Positions 63,640 through 64,000 of a stretch of DNA of 64,000 bases are shown here, piece by piece. Numbering within the stretch: the stretch's first letter is position 1; each line of letters begins with the position of its first letter. The stretch lies in assembly GCA_951406725.2 (NCBI GenBank), contig OX597820.1, forward strand, positions 47,182,001 through 47,246,000. The letters are read 5' to 3'. The position numbers were made by a program, and so were the translations under genes. Under the pieces are notes generated by a model. It made no database searches. It saw nothing but the letters and a program-made list of their open reading frames with translations, and was not told where the DNA came from. Source of the stretch: Octopus vulgaris. Taxonomy: Eukaryota.

Positions 63640-64000
63640 ATACCAGTGCCGGTGGCACGTAAGAGCACCATCCGAACGTGGCTGTAGCCAGCGCCGCCCT
63701 GACTGGCCTCTGTGCCGGTGGCACGTAAAAAGCACTATCCGATCGTGGCCGTTGCCAGCTTTGCCTGGTATCCGTACCGGTGGCACGTAAAAAGCACCGT
63801 CCGATCGTGGCCGTTTGCCAGCCTCGTCTGGCACGTAAAAAGCACCCACTACACTCACAGAGTGGTTGGCGTTAGGAAGGGCATCCAGCTGTAGAAACAC
63901 TGCCAGATCAGACTGGGCCTGGTGCAGCCTTCTGGCTTCCCAGACCCCAGTTGAACCGTCCAACCCATGCTAGCATGGAAAGCAGACGTTAAACAATGAT
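63640..64000 (+). mobile_element. Family C retroelement
   Basis: GGTGGCACGTAAAAAGCACC tandem units, TTAGGAAGGGCATCCAGCTGTAGAAAC, GACGTTAAAC tail. Confidence 0.85.

Overview
AT-rich, microsatellite- and SINE-dense eukaryotic DNA. The SINE and LINE repertoire points to an octopus (cephalopod) genome, which is an inference. Bases 1-18.7 kb hold a tRNA-Gly cluster built from a ~5-5.9 kb higher-order tandem repeat plus inverted partial copies. It has five identical tRNA-Gly(GCC) genes, two GCC-derived tRNA-Gly(CCC) anticodon variants, one ACC pseudogene and several 5'-half fragments, interleaved with nested mobile elements (hAT-type MITE, TTAGGG-bearing foldback element, several SINE families). 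Bases 19-36 kb are decayed transposons: a Tc1/mariner relic, RTE and REL-type LINE fragments, a tRNA-headed element with a hammerhead-like tail, and many palindromes. The only confident protein-coding gene is an SRSF7/SRSF3-family SR splicing factor (37148-37876, +) with an uninterrupted CDS and candidate regulatory splice sites downstream. Bases 44-64 kb look like intronic or UTR sequence with candidate + strand exons. Nearly all other ORFs in the track are SINE or microsatellite artefacts.
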